Source of the DNA: a virus
DNA: 64,000 bases
Reading direction: 5' to 3' (one strand)
Virus record (IMG/VR): IMGVR_UViG_3300043395_000420
Span: 1 to 64,000 of that record
Shown here piece by piece: positions 39,701 through 47,000 of this stretch. The translations under genes were made by a program, and so were the position numbers. Every line of letters begins with the position of its first letter. The stretch's first letter is position 1. Under the pieces are notes generated by a model, which searched no databases, was not told the origin of the DNA, and saw nothing but the letters and a program-made list of their open reading frames with translations.

Positions 39701-42700
39701 GCCGTCCATATCAAGAATATTAATTCTTGCATTTAAAACTTTACCGGTAGCAGTTACACCTTGGCGTTTAATTTTTTCAGGAGTACTCATGTCAAAAAGA
39801 ATGTTCATGAGCATACTGTTTTGCATCCAAGGATTTCTATTCAATGAAAGATTATTCATTATGTAAATAGGCATACCATTTACATTCTCTGTATTGTCTC
39901 TTACTAAATCTTCATAATTAATAGCATTGTTGATACTATCTGTTTTTCTGGTAATTGTGTTGGGTAATGAGTTTTCATACTTAGTTTTACCAGTAGTAGT
40001 TGTAATTGTACTATTAGAAAAATCTCCTGTCCACTGTAAATATAAATTACCTAATGTAGTTTTAAAACCTGTAAAAGGTTGAAAAGTAGATTCTTTATAC
40101 TGAGATTCTTGTTTTAAAAAGGCTTCTCTTAGAGACTTATCTTGTACAAGTTTATCAAATGATTTATCAAGTAAGTCTGTTACTCTTGTAAGTTTTATAG
40201 GTTCTGCACCTGGTCTATTTAATTTTAACCAGGTATTAAATGCATTTATTGCTCTTACTTTATTTTTTAAACCGTTGATTTCGTACAAGTTACCGTTTTC
40301 TTTACTAGACAAAGCATTCTTAACAACACTTAATTCTGGCATATATAAACCAATAGCCTTTAAAAATGTAATAGGATCTTTTGAAATTACACTAGTAGAC
40401 ATGTATAGGTCTGATGTAAGTTGTTCAATATTAATACTTACAGCCCCTGTATCAGATGCCTTTACTCTATAAGGTTCTGTTTCACCAGATCTTGTAAATC
40501 TAGAGTTAAACAACTTAAATACTTTACTGCTTTCACGACTAGCATTTCCAGGACGGATTGTTATATAACTTATATTACCCTTACTGTCTTTAGTTTGCTC
40601 AATATCTAAGTTTACAACATTAATTCTAGGTAAGGTAAACAGTTTATTTATTTGTCCCCACATACTGTTTTCTAACTCACCTTTAATATTATCAGGATTA
40701 CCAACCTTCTTTAAGAATGCTTTTACAATAGGAAATAGTTCTTCTACTTCCTTTAGTTTATCATAAATTTCTTTAGGGTTACGGGCCCCTTGTGTAATAT
40801 TTATTAATAAGTTTTGTGCAGTACGTGCTGGTACCATCTTAGGGAAACCTAAGTCATTCTTCTCAACCTCTCCATTATCATTATATGCTATTAATGTAGA
40901 CAATGTATAAGATAACTTCTTGTCTATCATGTTATTAATAGAAACTTCATTTCCGGACTTATCAGCATATTCTGATCTAGATGTTGTATTATCGTCTTTA
41001 TCAGCCATGTCTGGTTCAAATGACTGGATATAGTTTTTTTCATAGTAACTAAGGATTGTTTCTCCTTCTTTAGGATTCATAGGATCCCCGAAGTTGTCTA
41101 ACATCCATGTTGCTAAATCTATACGGCTTTTTATTTTAATCTTTCTTTTTTCTGCAGCCTTCTCATATTTTTCTTTTAAACTCTCAATATGGTTTACTAG
41201 CTTTTCCTGTACTTTTAAATATGCTGCCTTACGCATTGATGCCTCAGATATAATACCTATAGTTAAACCTTTAGTATTATACTCATCATTAAGGTCATCA
41301 ATACTTTCTGACATCAAACCATTCATGCTTTTCATGATAACAGCAGTGTCGGATAATGATCTGTTTTTAATTTTATTAAGACCGGTTTCTATAAATACAG
41401 CATCTGGTTCAAAGACCGGCTCTCCTAATTTACCTACAGCAAGTTTTTCAAACATCTCTGCTACTTTAGCATTTGCTGTATAGTCTGCTTGGGTTTCTCT
41501 AATAGTTGTGTTACTAAATAAATACTGTAATAACTCAAATATCTTACTGAAAATCTCTGCAATAATACCTTTGCTCTTGGAGTACTTACCTTTTCCACCA
41601 CGTAGCATGTGTTCGCGGAACTGTTCTGCTAACCATTCTTCTTTTTCTAACTTGGTAGCATTTTTAAATTCAACAGTTTTACCGTTATAATTTTCAAATG
41701 ATCCTTTCATTTGACCAACTGCGTTGTAAAGATCTTCTCTTTGTTTAGCAGTTAAAAATATTTGAGAAAATGCATGCCATGCCTCATGGTATAAATCAGA
41801 AGCATCTGCCCCTTGCCATAAAGTAATACCTGCTAAATTCCAATGTGCTACTACAGAAGGATCTGTATTAACTGCATCAAACATTACTGATATCGGTACT
41901 ACATCTGATAACATTCTACCATCAGCAAGTCTGATACTATTATACCAGGGTAATGCTGCATTAATAACATCTTGAGATGACTTAGCAGTACTTGGTTTTC
42001 TACCTGCTCTTAGTAACAAACTGTCATCTATAAGATTATTTTTCTTGATTGTATTACTTGCAGATTGGGTTTTAGTTTCAGGTTTTACTTCAGGTATTTT
42101 CATACCTAAACTTTCTAAAGCTCGTTTATTAATTTCGTTTTCATAATCTGCTGTTGTGGTTGTGCCAGAAACAGATTTATCAAACTCAGTTCTTGAAAGT
42201 TGAGAATGTTGATATTCATGTTCTATAACAAAAGACTCCCATTCTTCATATGTTTTAAACATATCTTCAGGAAAGGCATTTGCACTAGAACCATCTTTTT
42301 GTATGCGGGGTGTTGTCCAGGCTTTACTTTCAAACTTACTTTTTAATACTGGTTTATTAACGTATATGGTATTATTAGTGCTATTATACTGTGCTCCACC
42401 TGGTTCTCCTGTCTTAGAAGTTATTGCCTTTTCTATAATAGGAACACCTTTATAATTTTCTTGAGTACTTTTTGTAATTTCTTTTTTAGTTACTGTACCT
42501 GGCATGAATTCTAAATAAGCATTCATTGGTACAAAGTCTCCATTTTCAACTTTATTTGCTACATAAGCATGCTGTCTTATAAATTCACCATAAGGAATAG
42601 TATCAATTTTTGCAGTATATGTACCATCAGCGTTTTGACGTACATTACTAAATGTACGCACGGTTGTCATATTATTTTTATATAGATATAGACCGCCTCC

Positions 42701-44026
42701 CTCGTTATTTACTATAGCATCTGCTATTAAATCTCTAGCATTTGTTGTTGTACTGTCTACAGTTTTACCATCTATCTTAATAGAAAGTTCTTCTCCTTTC
42801 TTCATTAATACTATACGACCACTTCCTACAGGTAAAAAGTAAAAGAAGTTTGCTTTATCACTTTCTTTTAGAGTAACCGTCTGTTCCTTTTTTTGATATG
42901 ATATAGGATTAAGAAGAAAATCCGCCATTTCCAGTGCCTCCTCCATAGTAATGCTGTCCATATATATTTGGACATCTTTATTCATAGATGGAGAACTGAT
43001 GTATATAGAATTATCAGGGCCCTTTTTTAAATTTAGATTTGGGTATATTGTTTTAGATAAATCCGTTAATCTTGTTTTATCTGCAGCCATTGTTAAGAAA
43101 CCAACGTCACCGTTAGTTATCTCATTGATAATGATGTTATTAGCAGGATCTCTTGCAATAGAACTTGTCATTTTGTCTACTGTTTCTTTCTGCTTACGTT
43201 TTTCTTCTGTATTTGGATTTTGTACAGTTTCTAACTTGGTTCTTACATAAAAGTATACAGGCTTACCATTTGTTTCAACATATTCACCATTACTATTAAA
43301 CTCTAAAGGATTTCCTTGAGCATCTGTAAGTACCTGTATATAAATTTGATCTAAGTATCTTAGTAGTTCAGGATTATCTTCTATATCTGCAAGTTGTCTG
43401 CTGTCTAATTTATCTAGTGGAATTCTGCTTAATGCCATTGTTGTAAGATATACCTTTCCAGAATATCCTTTAATGGTCATATTAGCAGCCATCATGTTTC
43501 TGATAATTGTATAAAACATTTCTACAGAAAAGTTTTCTTCTTGTCCTGTAGTAGTAAACATGCTGTCTGGAACAGGATAGTCTACTTGTTTTATCAATTG
43601 TGAGTTTACTTTAGCATTAACATCATCTTCTGCTTGCTGGTTTCCGGCAATAGTTGCTGCTTCTTGCAGGTCAGTTTTAGTTATAGTTTCAACACTGATA
43701 TATTTGGCAACAGTGTTTAGATCTGGATTAGTTCTCCATTCTTTTGCTAACTTGTTATTACCATTAAGATCAAAATTAGTATCCGTCATATAATCAGATA
43801 CGGCAACATATCCTGCAGCCTGTCTAATCATATCGGGTACTAGATGGGCATATGACAATGCCTTATCTTTATCTTTAGACTTTTCTAAAACATAGTCATA
43901 CAATTCTTTAGCAATTGCTTGAGGATCAATGTTTTGTTTTTTGTTTTTTACATCTTCTATAGATTCTCTAACAAATCTATATACGGATGCTAAGGATTCA
44001 TTACTGTCTATTGCGCAAAAAGCCAT
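30767..44026 (-). CDS. virion RNA polymerase (two-barrel, crAss-like) polyprotein, 4419 aa
   Basis: RIP.QG..S and GADFDIDK catalytic motif (37190-37204), DAQG, KQALG..A; two HExxH zincins; fused SF1 helicase and further C-terminal domains. Confidence 0.9.
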   Translation of the reverse strand: MAFCAIDSNESLASVYRFVRESIEDVKNKKQNIDPQAIAKELYDYVLEKSKDKDKALSYAHLVPDMIRQAAGYVAVSDYMTDTNFDLNGNNKLAKEWRTNPDLNTVAKYISVETITKTDLQEAATIAGNQQAEDDVNAKVNSQLIKQVDYPVPDSMFTTTGQEENFSVEMFYTIIRNMMAANMTIKGYSGKVYLTTMALSRIPLDKLDSRQLADIEDNPELLRYLDQIYIQVLTDAQGNPLEFNSNGEYVETNGKPVYFYVRTKLETVQNPNTEEKRKQKETVDKMTSSIARDPANNIIINEITNGDVGFLTMAADKTRLTDLSKTIYPNLNLKKGPDNSIYISSPSMNKDVQIYMDSITMEEALEMADFLLNPISYQKKEQTVTLKESDKANFFYFLPVGSGRIVLMKKGEELSIKIDGKTVDSTTTNARDLIADAIVNNEGGGLYLYKNNMTTVRTFSNVRQNADGTYTAKIDTIPYGEFIRQHAYVANKVENGDFVPMNAYLEFMPGTVTKKEITKSTQENYKGVPIIEKAITSKTGEPGGAQYNSTNNTIYVNKPVLKSKFESKAWTTPRIQKDGSSANAFPEDMFKTYEEWESFVIEHEYQHSQLSRTEFDKSVSGTTTTADYENEINKRALESLGMKIPEVKPETKTQSASNTIKKNNLIDDSLLLRAGRKPSTAKSSQDVINAALPWYNSIRLADGRMLSDVVPISVMFDAVNTDPSVVAHWNLAGITLWQGADASDLYHEAWHAFSQIFLTAKQREDLYNAVGQMKGSFENYNGKTVEFKNATKLEKEEWLAEQFREHMLRGGKGKYSKSKGIIAEIFSKIFELLQYLFSNTTIRETQADYTANAKVAEMFEKLAVGKLGEPVFEPDAVFIETGLNKIKNRSLSDTAVIMKSMNGLMSESIDDLNDEYNTKGLTIGIISEASMRKAAYLKVQEKLVNHIESLKEKYEKAAEKRKIKIKSRIDLATWMLDNFGDPMNPKEGETILSYYEKNYIQSFEPDMADKDDNTTSRSEYADKSGNEVSINNMIDKKLSYTLSTLIAYNDNGEVEKNDLGFPKMVPARTAQNLLINITQGARNPKEIYDKLKEVEELFPIVKAFLKKVGNPDNIKGELENSMWGQINKLFTLPRINVVNLDIEQTKDSKGNISYITIRPGNASRESSKVFKLFNSRFTRSGETEPYRVKASDTGAVSINIEQLTSDLYMSTSVISKDPITFLKAIGLYMPELSVVKNALSSKENGNLYEINGLKNKVRAINAFNTWLKLNRPGAEPIKLTRVTDLLDKSFDKLVQDKSLREAFLKQESQYKESTFQPFTGFKTTLGNLYLQWTGDFSNSTITTTTGKTKYENSLPNTITRKTDSINNAINYEDLVRDNTENVNGMPIYIMNNLSLNRNPWMQNSMLMNILFDMSTPEKIKRQGVTATGKVLNARINILDMDGTKMRIGEQIDLVGLKSSDSDMTTKMLQDFYMMMIYGTSEATRHAGKSSTFLYQIIHADGSKHYVNPKMFASKDPTSSTGKSKVLAAYMGYLSSEVERIHKAKTDPDAKNIVLYEKKGKPVTLAEVGSKFIMFDDILTEDQKTEIYNLIDKGTITTAADFKNLLNTNEKFANTYQNQVNSYLENQYQQVIDKFKKEGIFDSRYLLSPNILKIVGDTKEYTREELSRQLIEAYTANQLLHNIETGLVYYGDPGIYNHSKEEYHKRNAGIGSTGETPRTDIHFQNYVNKPAKKGKYAESAWYTGPKTKADGTTVGQRDYNGTFNTAVLADVVSTSVYIDEYKKAAKDKERKRLAKTNASQDTINKAMQNIDNIFDDAYAGMKEGDAQGWISFDAYRLMMRGLDKWTTLHEKLYVRILNGDDVSAEDIANFFPIKKMQYWGTLATTGLPVEAFHKFSLMPLIPTVVKGTKLEQLHNKMVEQDIDYAVFASGSKLATVTNDGNFDKFYANKEGWLALNEPEFTFSKNVIYLDYLKDQVEVAPEFKEKIIFSTQLRKLVEEGSFENGVPVDFKPEITDLTERYDAWNAIKDESVKKSESKLYTKILRYESALKQLTEFKKKQLVEELGWTDKGPKDLTKFIDFIEKQLTRQEISDNELEFIDALKSAPMVNLDLSNFSSQIEKLLTAVVNKRLIRQKVTGEALIQASSAGFEKAGKFRNATEEERRKYSGTNDLKFYTPGNGMEVKISIQGHFKKLLSLPEVTRKAKAENISKLDALNSIIRDEKWLSKNRDMITMVGVRIPVQGLNSMEVMHVAEFLPEEAGNMIIPATEIVAKSGADFDIDKLSIQMPVLRWEGLKGNSKLTIANVRGEAALKELYQNLKSKAIEVEEFKVINSTVDELGNLVYDKDVVRRALTRDVSPTVKRFSTDIEQSNKLLNTILTAALGEEWFDMGYTESEIIEILKNYNLATSEEAFIKKMDNEAAYENQLLLATKDLILDPENFVSLITPNSTTIVKPISEKLRDKTRVYSSKKRFNGEPNGFSPTRIYEPLYNLAKLEYNSVGKQALGIGAVDNTFNVVFNRIGAYMSDVKVINEAGDLMRNVLLLPHNTMNVNGEQRISLSHSYDKNNFYKISDLFNQLINGWVDVEKDEWIFDLQGNKELTPVLLFLIQTGVPINQAVLFLSQPIIREYITDARSRKGTFSSVLGKESELNQHNTDARDSILFGENSKYGFGLNEESFYPDNSKNYRYNAINGKVRVAKNKLYDYFRIALTNLDENYFNEKALEDNLDNLNDDKTKDVYTDFDRNVFLHFMEILEMSKGLTEIKQATKFDTTRSSSLHDARVQLRKDIKASQFKGLDPDVYESIIKNSPIGSFKIQEFMIGLYEPFFPLSNSTSINSYFAKPNIESYISGMRMGETRVNVTFDKASVIDNFKKQLSPYIFYNWYFTLPSNKHYRSYVLNSELDVATVPYARRAAIYKDGKIYVDQNSIAENLYNKFYSNELQYLDADVAPLPANVFTGVNEADMYKKYLYERESLRALPNYKYSVVALSAEYMKIEKELSEKYLDKTLLRKGESTTINKETVKLWAYETYLRNHALNNINLPYWIFTGNNSYAYQYDQIVSNPAFKKITEYYDLLSALEVDVFSSMASSYSSYVKANVNTLRFRDTLLEIDQKNLYSENLNELKNPSILQDKFGISAIDAENISKFFNRFDVVAYLQSGSNPNSTFSILSIADSKVISELLAEPVSKFIDTVTQLEAVPNSNNKLTELLFDQYRKIFIGTNSQAKSNIAKRFRTFYDPNFANVVLSSKKDAVIKEFVDILEKTGYKFETEEESIFELFEETPTSFEDDYKYFGAMYKIKVENGVGVDVLNYKGKKSAKEKLLAAYNNNPNIDPQNKQPFRQPKSSQISPNQSQPANTMTFSDGVTISTPFKLNDQQTEALLELEKFYKNPAAYDNQITLKGYAGTGKTSIMKIFDAYLQRVSLDSIIYTSPTNRANAVTKLKNPDVRVYTLHSLFGLNPDFNFEEEYDLAKLNFAKQNKGVLKPDESTVLILDEASMVADGLFAFIQEEKKKNSNLKIIYMGDPAQLRPVGQDNLSKVFDKGTQLQLTKVERTGDNPILEESTNLRNGKELNYKTKVVNGIGVVYGDNNTFVNEAVKENFLSPEFAKNKLYFRILSATNAVVTAKNKEVRKLLFGDAAQQQLVVGDLIMGRSNFDKNYRTGQYKIMNSGDYEVLDIKPSTVTLDLLGDKVEFKGYKVTIQNLLGKADEKPEVIFVADVNDDDSKLIRLSKTIKDLREAGARLKKDGDIRAAASYFQKASDYENAITSMKPVIQNGKTLFNQTFDYGYAHTIHKSQGGTYTKVLILDDTINSFKDKNVQQELKYVAVSRATDMVYIATSQKLGTPEIVGEEPAQEPVSNEFIVADSLPAIEQNFADGSKYKEGDVWKTRTMQPQFKDKSTMDLIISGDRTRTTRAKTDVSRMMKDYNLSKIEDLVGKVIRMTDNTGRQVYTRITKVSPFTQEYQDATWQKEGWVKSVTDRHVGNYPYAIEFEVVQPSQSQAPVSTGDKFTKKNIFTVKPIQAADKKAVIKASIATQYIGFGEGIKGSSTDLYREQAGNFANTGNYSVNDVIFVSIGGKRGTEEQQKTQQDRTIAEAIKAVEAGATILTDNKAYTDASDYNTGEKRLYDAMKQAGYNYSEITVDGQVIGTWSKPTQISVSTNQQIVSKSTITQPTQASNPNGFMVGLQNGTGIPVYDFTLTPDNLKPVDIQKIKEANPNVIFVTDTVMAKPGRTANTTDLNKTSAVLAGLGPDNYFGIPTKFLAIPVDPKTGKPKGTLNKTTNTITPSGLLVEETEEEYNYNIQQIDAAIQALVEKMKLNPDKVLRFNFRGMGQSMINRWEENGMVIGSVEENVPANPQSAPKTFVYLSERLYDAFGYINPNSLPRVFAKGSVEMSEKVQRDQVVSDTEVTNDILNDILSCSI

Positions 44027-44036
44027 TGTATTATAA

Positions 44037-47000
44037 TTAGCAAATGTTAATGTTATTCTTTGCGGAGTTTTTATCTCCGTTAACTTCTTTTTCTATTTGG
44101 TTTTTAGTTTCTTCAGTAAGTTCTGCTATACTTGCAGATATATTTTCTGCGGCCTGTTTTTGTGCTTCAGGGTCTGATACAGCACCAGGCATAGCTAGGT
44201 CTCCTGTTTGACTATATACACCTATAATAGTTTTGTCAAATACATTTTTAGTCATTGGTGCACCTGTTCCTTTCATACCTATTTTTTTATAATATAATTT
44301 AGACTTGTACATACCGGTAACATATAGTAGTTCACCGGTATTCGTTACTAAGATATGGCCTTTTTTTACATCTACAAAATTAGGAGTAGAAGAAACTTGT
44401 TCTAATTTTTCTTGTAGTTTTTTCTCTGCTTCTAATCTACTGACTCCTATGAAGTTATAGTCATCATCAGTAAATAAACTAAGTTCATACATCATATCTT
44501 TGACCGCAGTCATAGAGTCTAAACTGTCAATTTGCTCTAGCAAAGGTTTGCTTGTAAGGTTTAGAGTAGTTCCTTGTGGAGAAACGTTTCCTTCTAGTAC
44601 ATCTAATACATTATCTGTATCTACTGTAGCATATTTTTTATCTTTTCTTGCTAACAACTCATAGGATCTTCTGTTTTGTACAATGTCTGGATCAGACTCA
44701 GTTCTAAAATATACAGAAGTATCTTTAGGCACTATTACTAAATCTATTTTACCAATGTATAAAGGTGATAAATAGTTTTGTGAACTTGTAACAACAGTGT
44801 ATCCTTTATTTGCTTCTCTTCGCATTGCATCTAAGGCAGCACCATATGCTGATTGTATTGCATCACGTTGAGCATTTCCTGCAGGATCATTTGCCAAGGA
44901 GTCAAAGAATTCTTTAACTTTTTGATACATGTTTTCTTTAGTAACATCTTGAAATAACTCTATACCAGAATTTTTAAATGCTTCTACTATAAAGTCATCT
45001 CCAGATATTATGGCAGCATCTGTATCAAATGCTGTTTGCGTATCCATACCGGAACTTACATATACAATACTTCCTTTGAACATATCCAAAACTTTTGAAT
45101 CTGGATTAACATCAGGTATACTAGTTTGTACCGGTGCTTGTTCTTCTTCTGTAAAGTTCCACTCATTACTATTTAATAAAGCCGTAAATACAGTCTCTGC
45201 ATTTTTAATAGGTGTAACTACTGGTGTAAGAGTTCCTTGTTGATTAACTTCTTCTGCTGAAACTATCTTACCCTCTTCAACTTTAAATACAATAGATCTA
45301 GACATTGATGGTCCGTTACCTTTCCAATTTGCTGTAACTTCACCATTTGTAATAGTAATTTCAAATGCTGGAGTTGTAACAGGTACAAGTTTAGGAGCAT
45401 TGGTAACTTTCATACCAGATCCTTGATAATTATCTATAACATCATACTGCGTTACATCAATATTCTCATCCTGTTCTACAAAACGATATCCTGTAGGAGG
45501 TATGACAACATTATCCGGTTTAGTTCTATTTGTCAGAATTATATCTCTAGCTTCTTCAGGAGTCATTGCGTTAATATCATCAGGACTATACTTTAATCTT
45601 CTTAATGTATTTTTCTCCTTTGGTGTCAAAGGATTAGGTCCTGTCATAGTACCTGCTGCTGGAGTAGGTTGTGCAGCACTTGCTACTGAAGCATTATAGT
45701 CAGATATTATTTTAGCAGAATATGAACTAGTTTTAACCCATTCTTCAAAATCATCTTCTTCTCCATTATATGCAGATCTTAACTGATTTTTTAATTCAGT
45801 TGGCATTGCATTATAAGGTGTATTTACTGTAATCTCTTGATCTGTTTTAGCAATAGTTTCTTTAAAATATACTCCAGAAGGTTCTAACTTATTGGAAGCC
45901 AATGCAATAGTCTCATCTAAAATAGTATTTTCATTACTTACACCTAATATACTACGAAGTACTTGCCTAACTGCCTCAACAAAGTCTTCCCATAAAGTAG
46001 TTGTTTTCTTTTCAGTTTTTACTAATTCAAGTAGTTGCTGAAATGCAGGATTAGTCAATGCTTCTGTAACAAAAGATTCTATACTATCTACAGGCATCAT
46101 AGCACCTTCTAATCCTAAACTCTTTAGACTATTATCAAGATTACCATTATCTAATGCATTTTTAAATTCTGCTATAAGATTATTAATGGCTGTATTAAAC
46201 TCTGCATTAGTACTACTTTCTGATATCATCATTGTAGTAATACCATTAATTAAAGAATACTCAAAGTTAACATTACCTCCTTGATATTCGAACGTAGAGT
46301 ATCTAGGATCTATAATTAATCCGTTAACAGGATCATATGTATTATAGTTTGTATGATCTAGTTTAATAGTTGCTTTTCTATCTCCTACTAATGGTCTTAG
46401 TCTTTGTGCTAATTTTTTAGCAACTATACTGCTTTCAGAAGAGTTAATAATAAAATCTAATAGTTTCTTTAACTCTACTTCTCCACCGGTCTTTGGGTCA
46501 AACCCTAGTTCTTTTGCTAGGTCTGCTATAGTTCTATTATCGTTAGTATCTCTTCTAGGACTAAACTTACCCATTGGTACATTAGCACCTGTAATGGGTT
46601 TATTGGTTGCAGTCTTTCCGGTTAACTGTTCTAACTTATCTACTAACTCTATTATCTTTTGATATCTTTCATCATTAGGTAATATTTGTTTAAGGGTAGT
46701 TGCATCATAAAAAGAATCTGGAATTCTATTTTTATCTACTAAAGCATCTACATCTTTAGGATCAAAAAATACATTCATGTTCTGTAACTCATTGATAAAC
46801 ATATTATTAATATGCATCTCCATGAATTTTTCAGACATTTCTTTTACTTTAGCCTTTGCAATTTTTTGAGATTCTTCAATAGCCGTTTTAATACGTTGAC
46901 TCATTGTAGCAAAGTACTCAGGATCTATTAATCTGTTTACAAACTCTGCAGCAGATCTTGCATCACTATCTAAATCATAGTAATCTAAAATAGCAGCAAA

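Noticed and set aside
30759-44042. Split-intein trans-splicing as the explanation for the terminal cysteines
   Set aside because: No Hint-domain motifs, no terminal His-Asn, and the Cys are not at position 1
44700-45090. P-loop kinase domain in the 1929-aa protein (GSIVYVSSGMDTQT)
   Set aside because: Walker A GKT is absent; at most a decayed remnant that cannot be supported by eye
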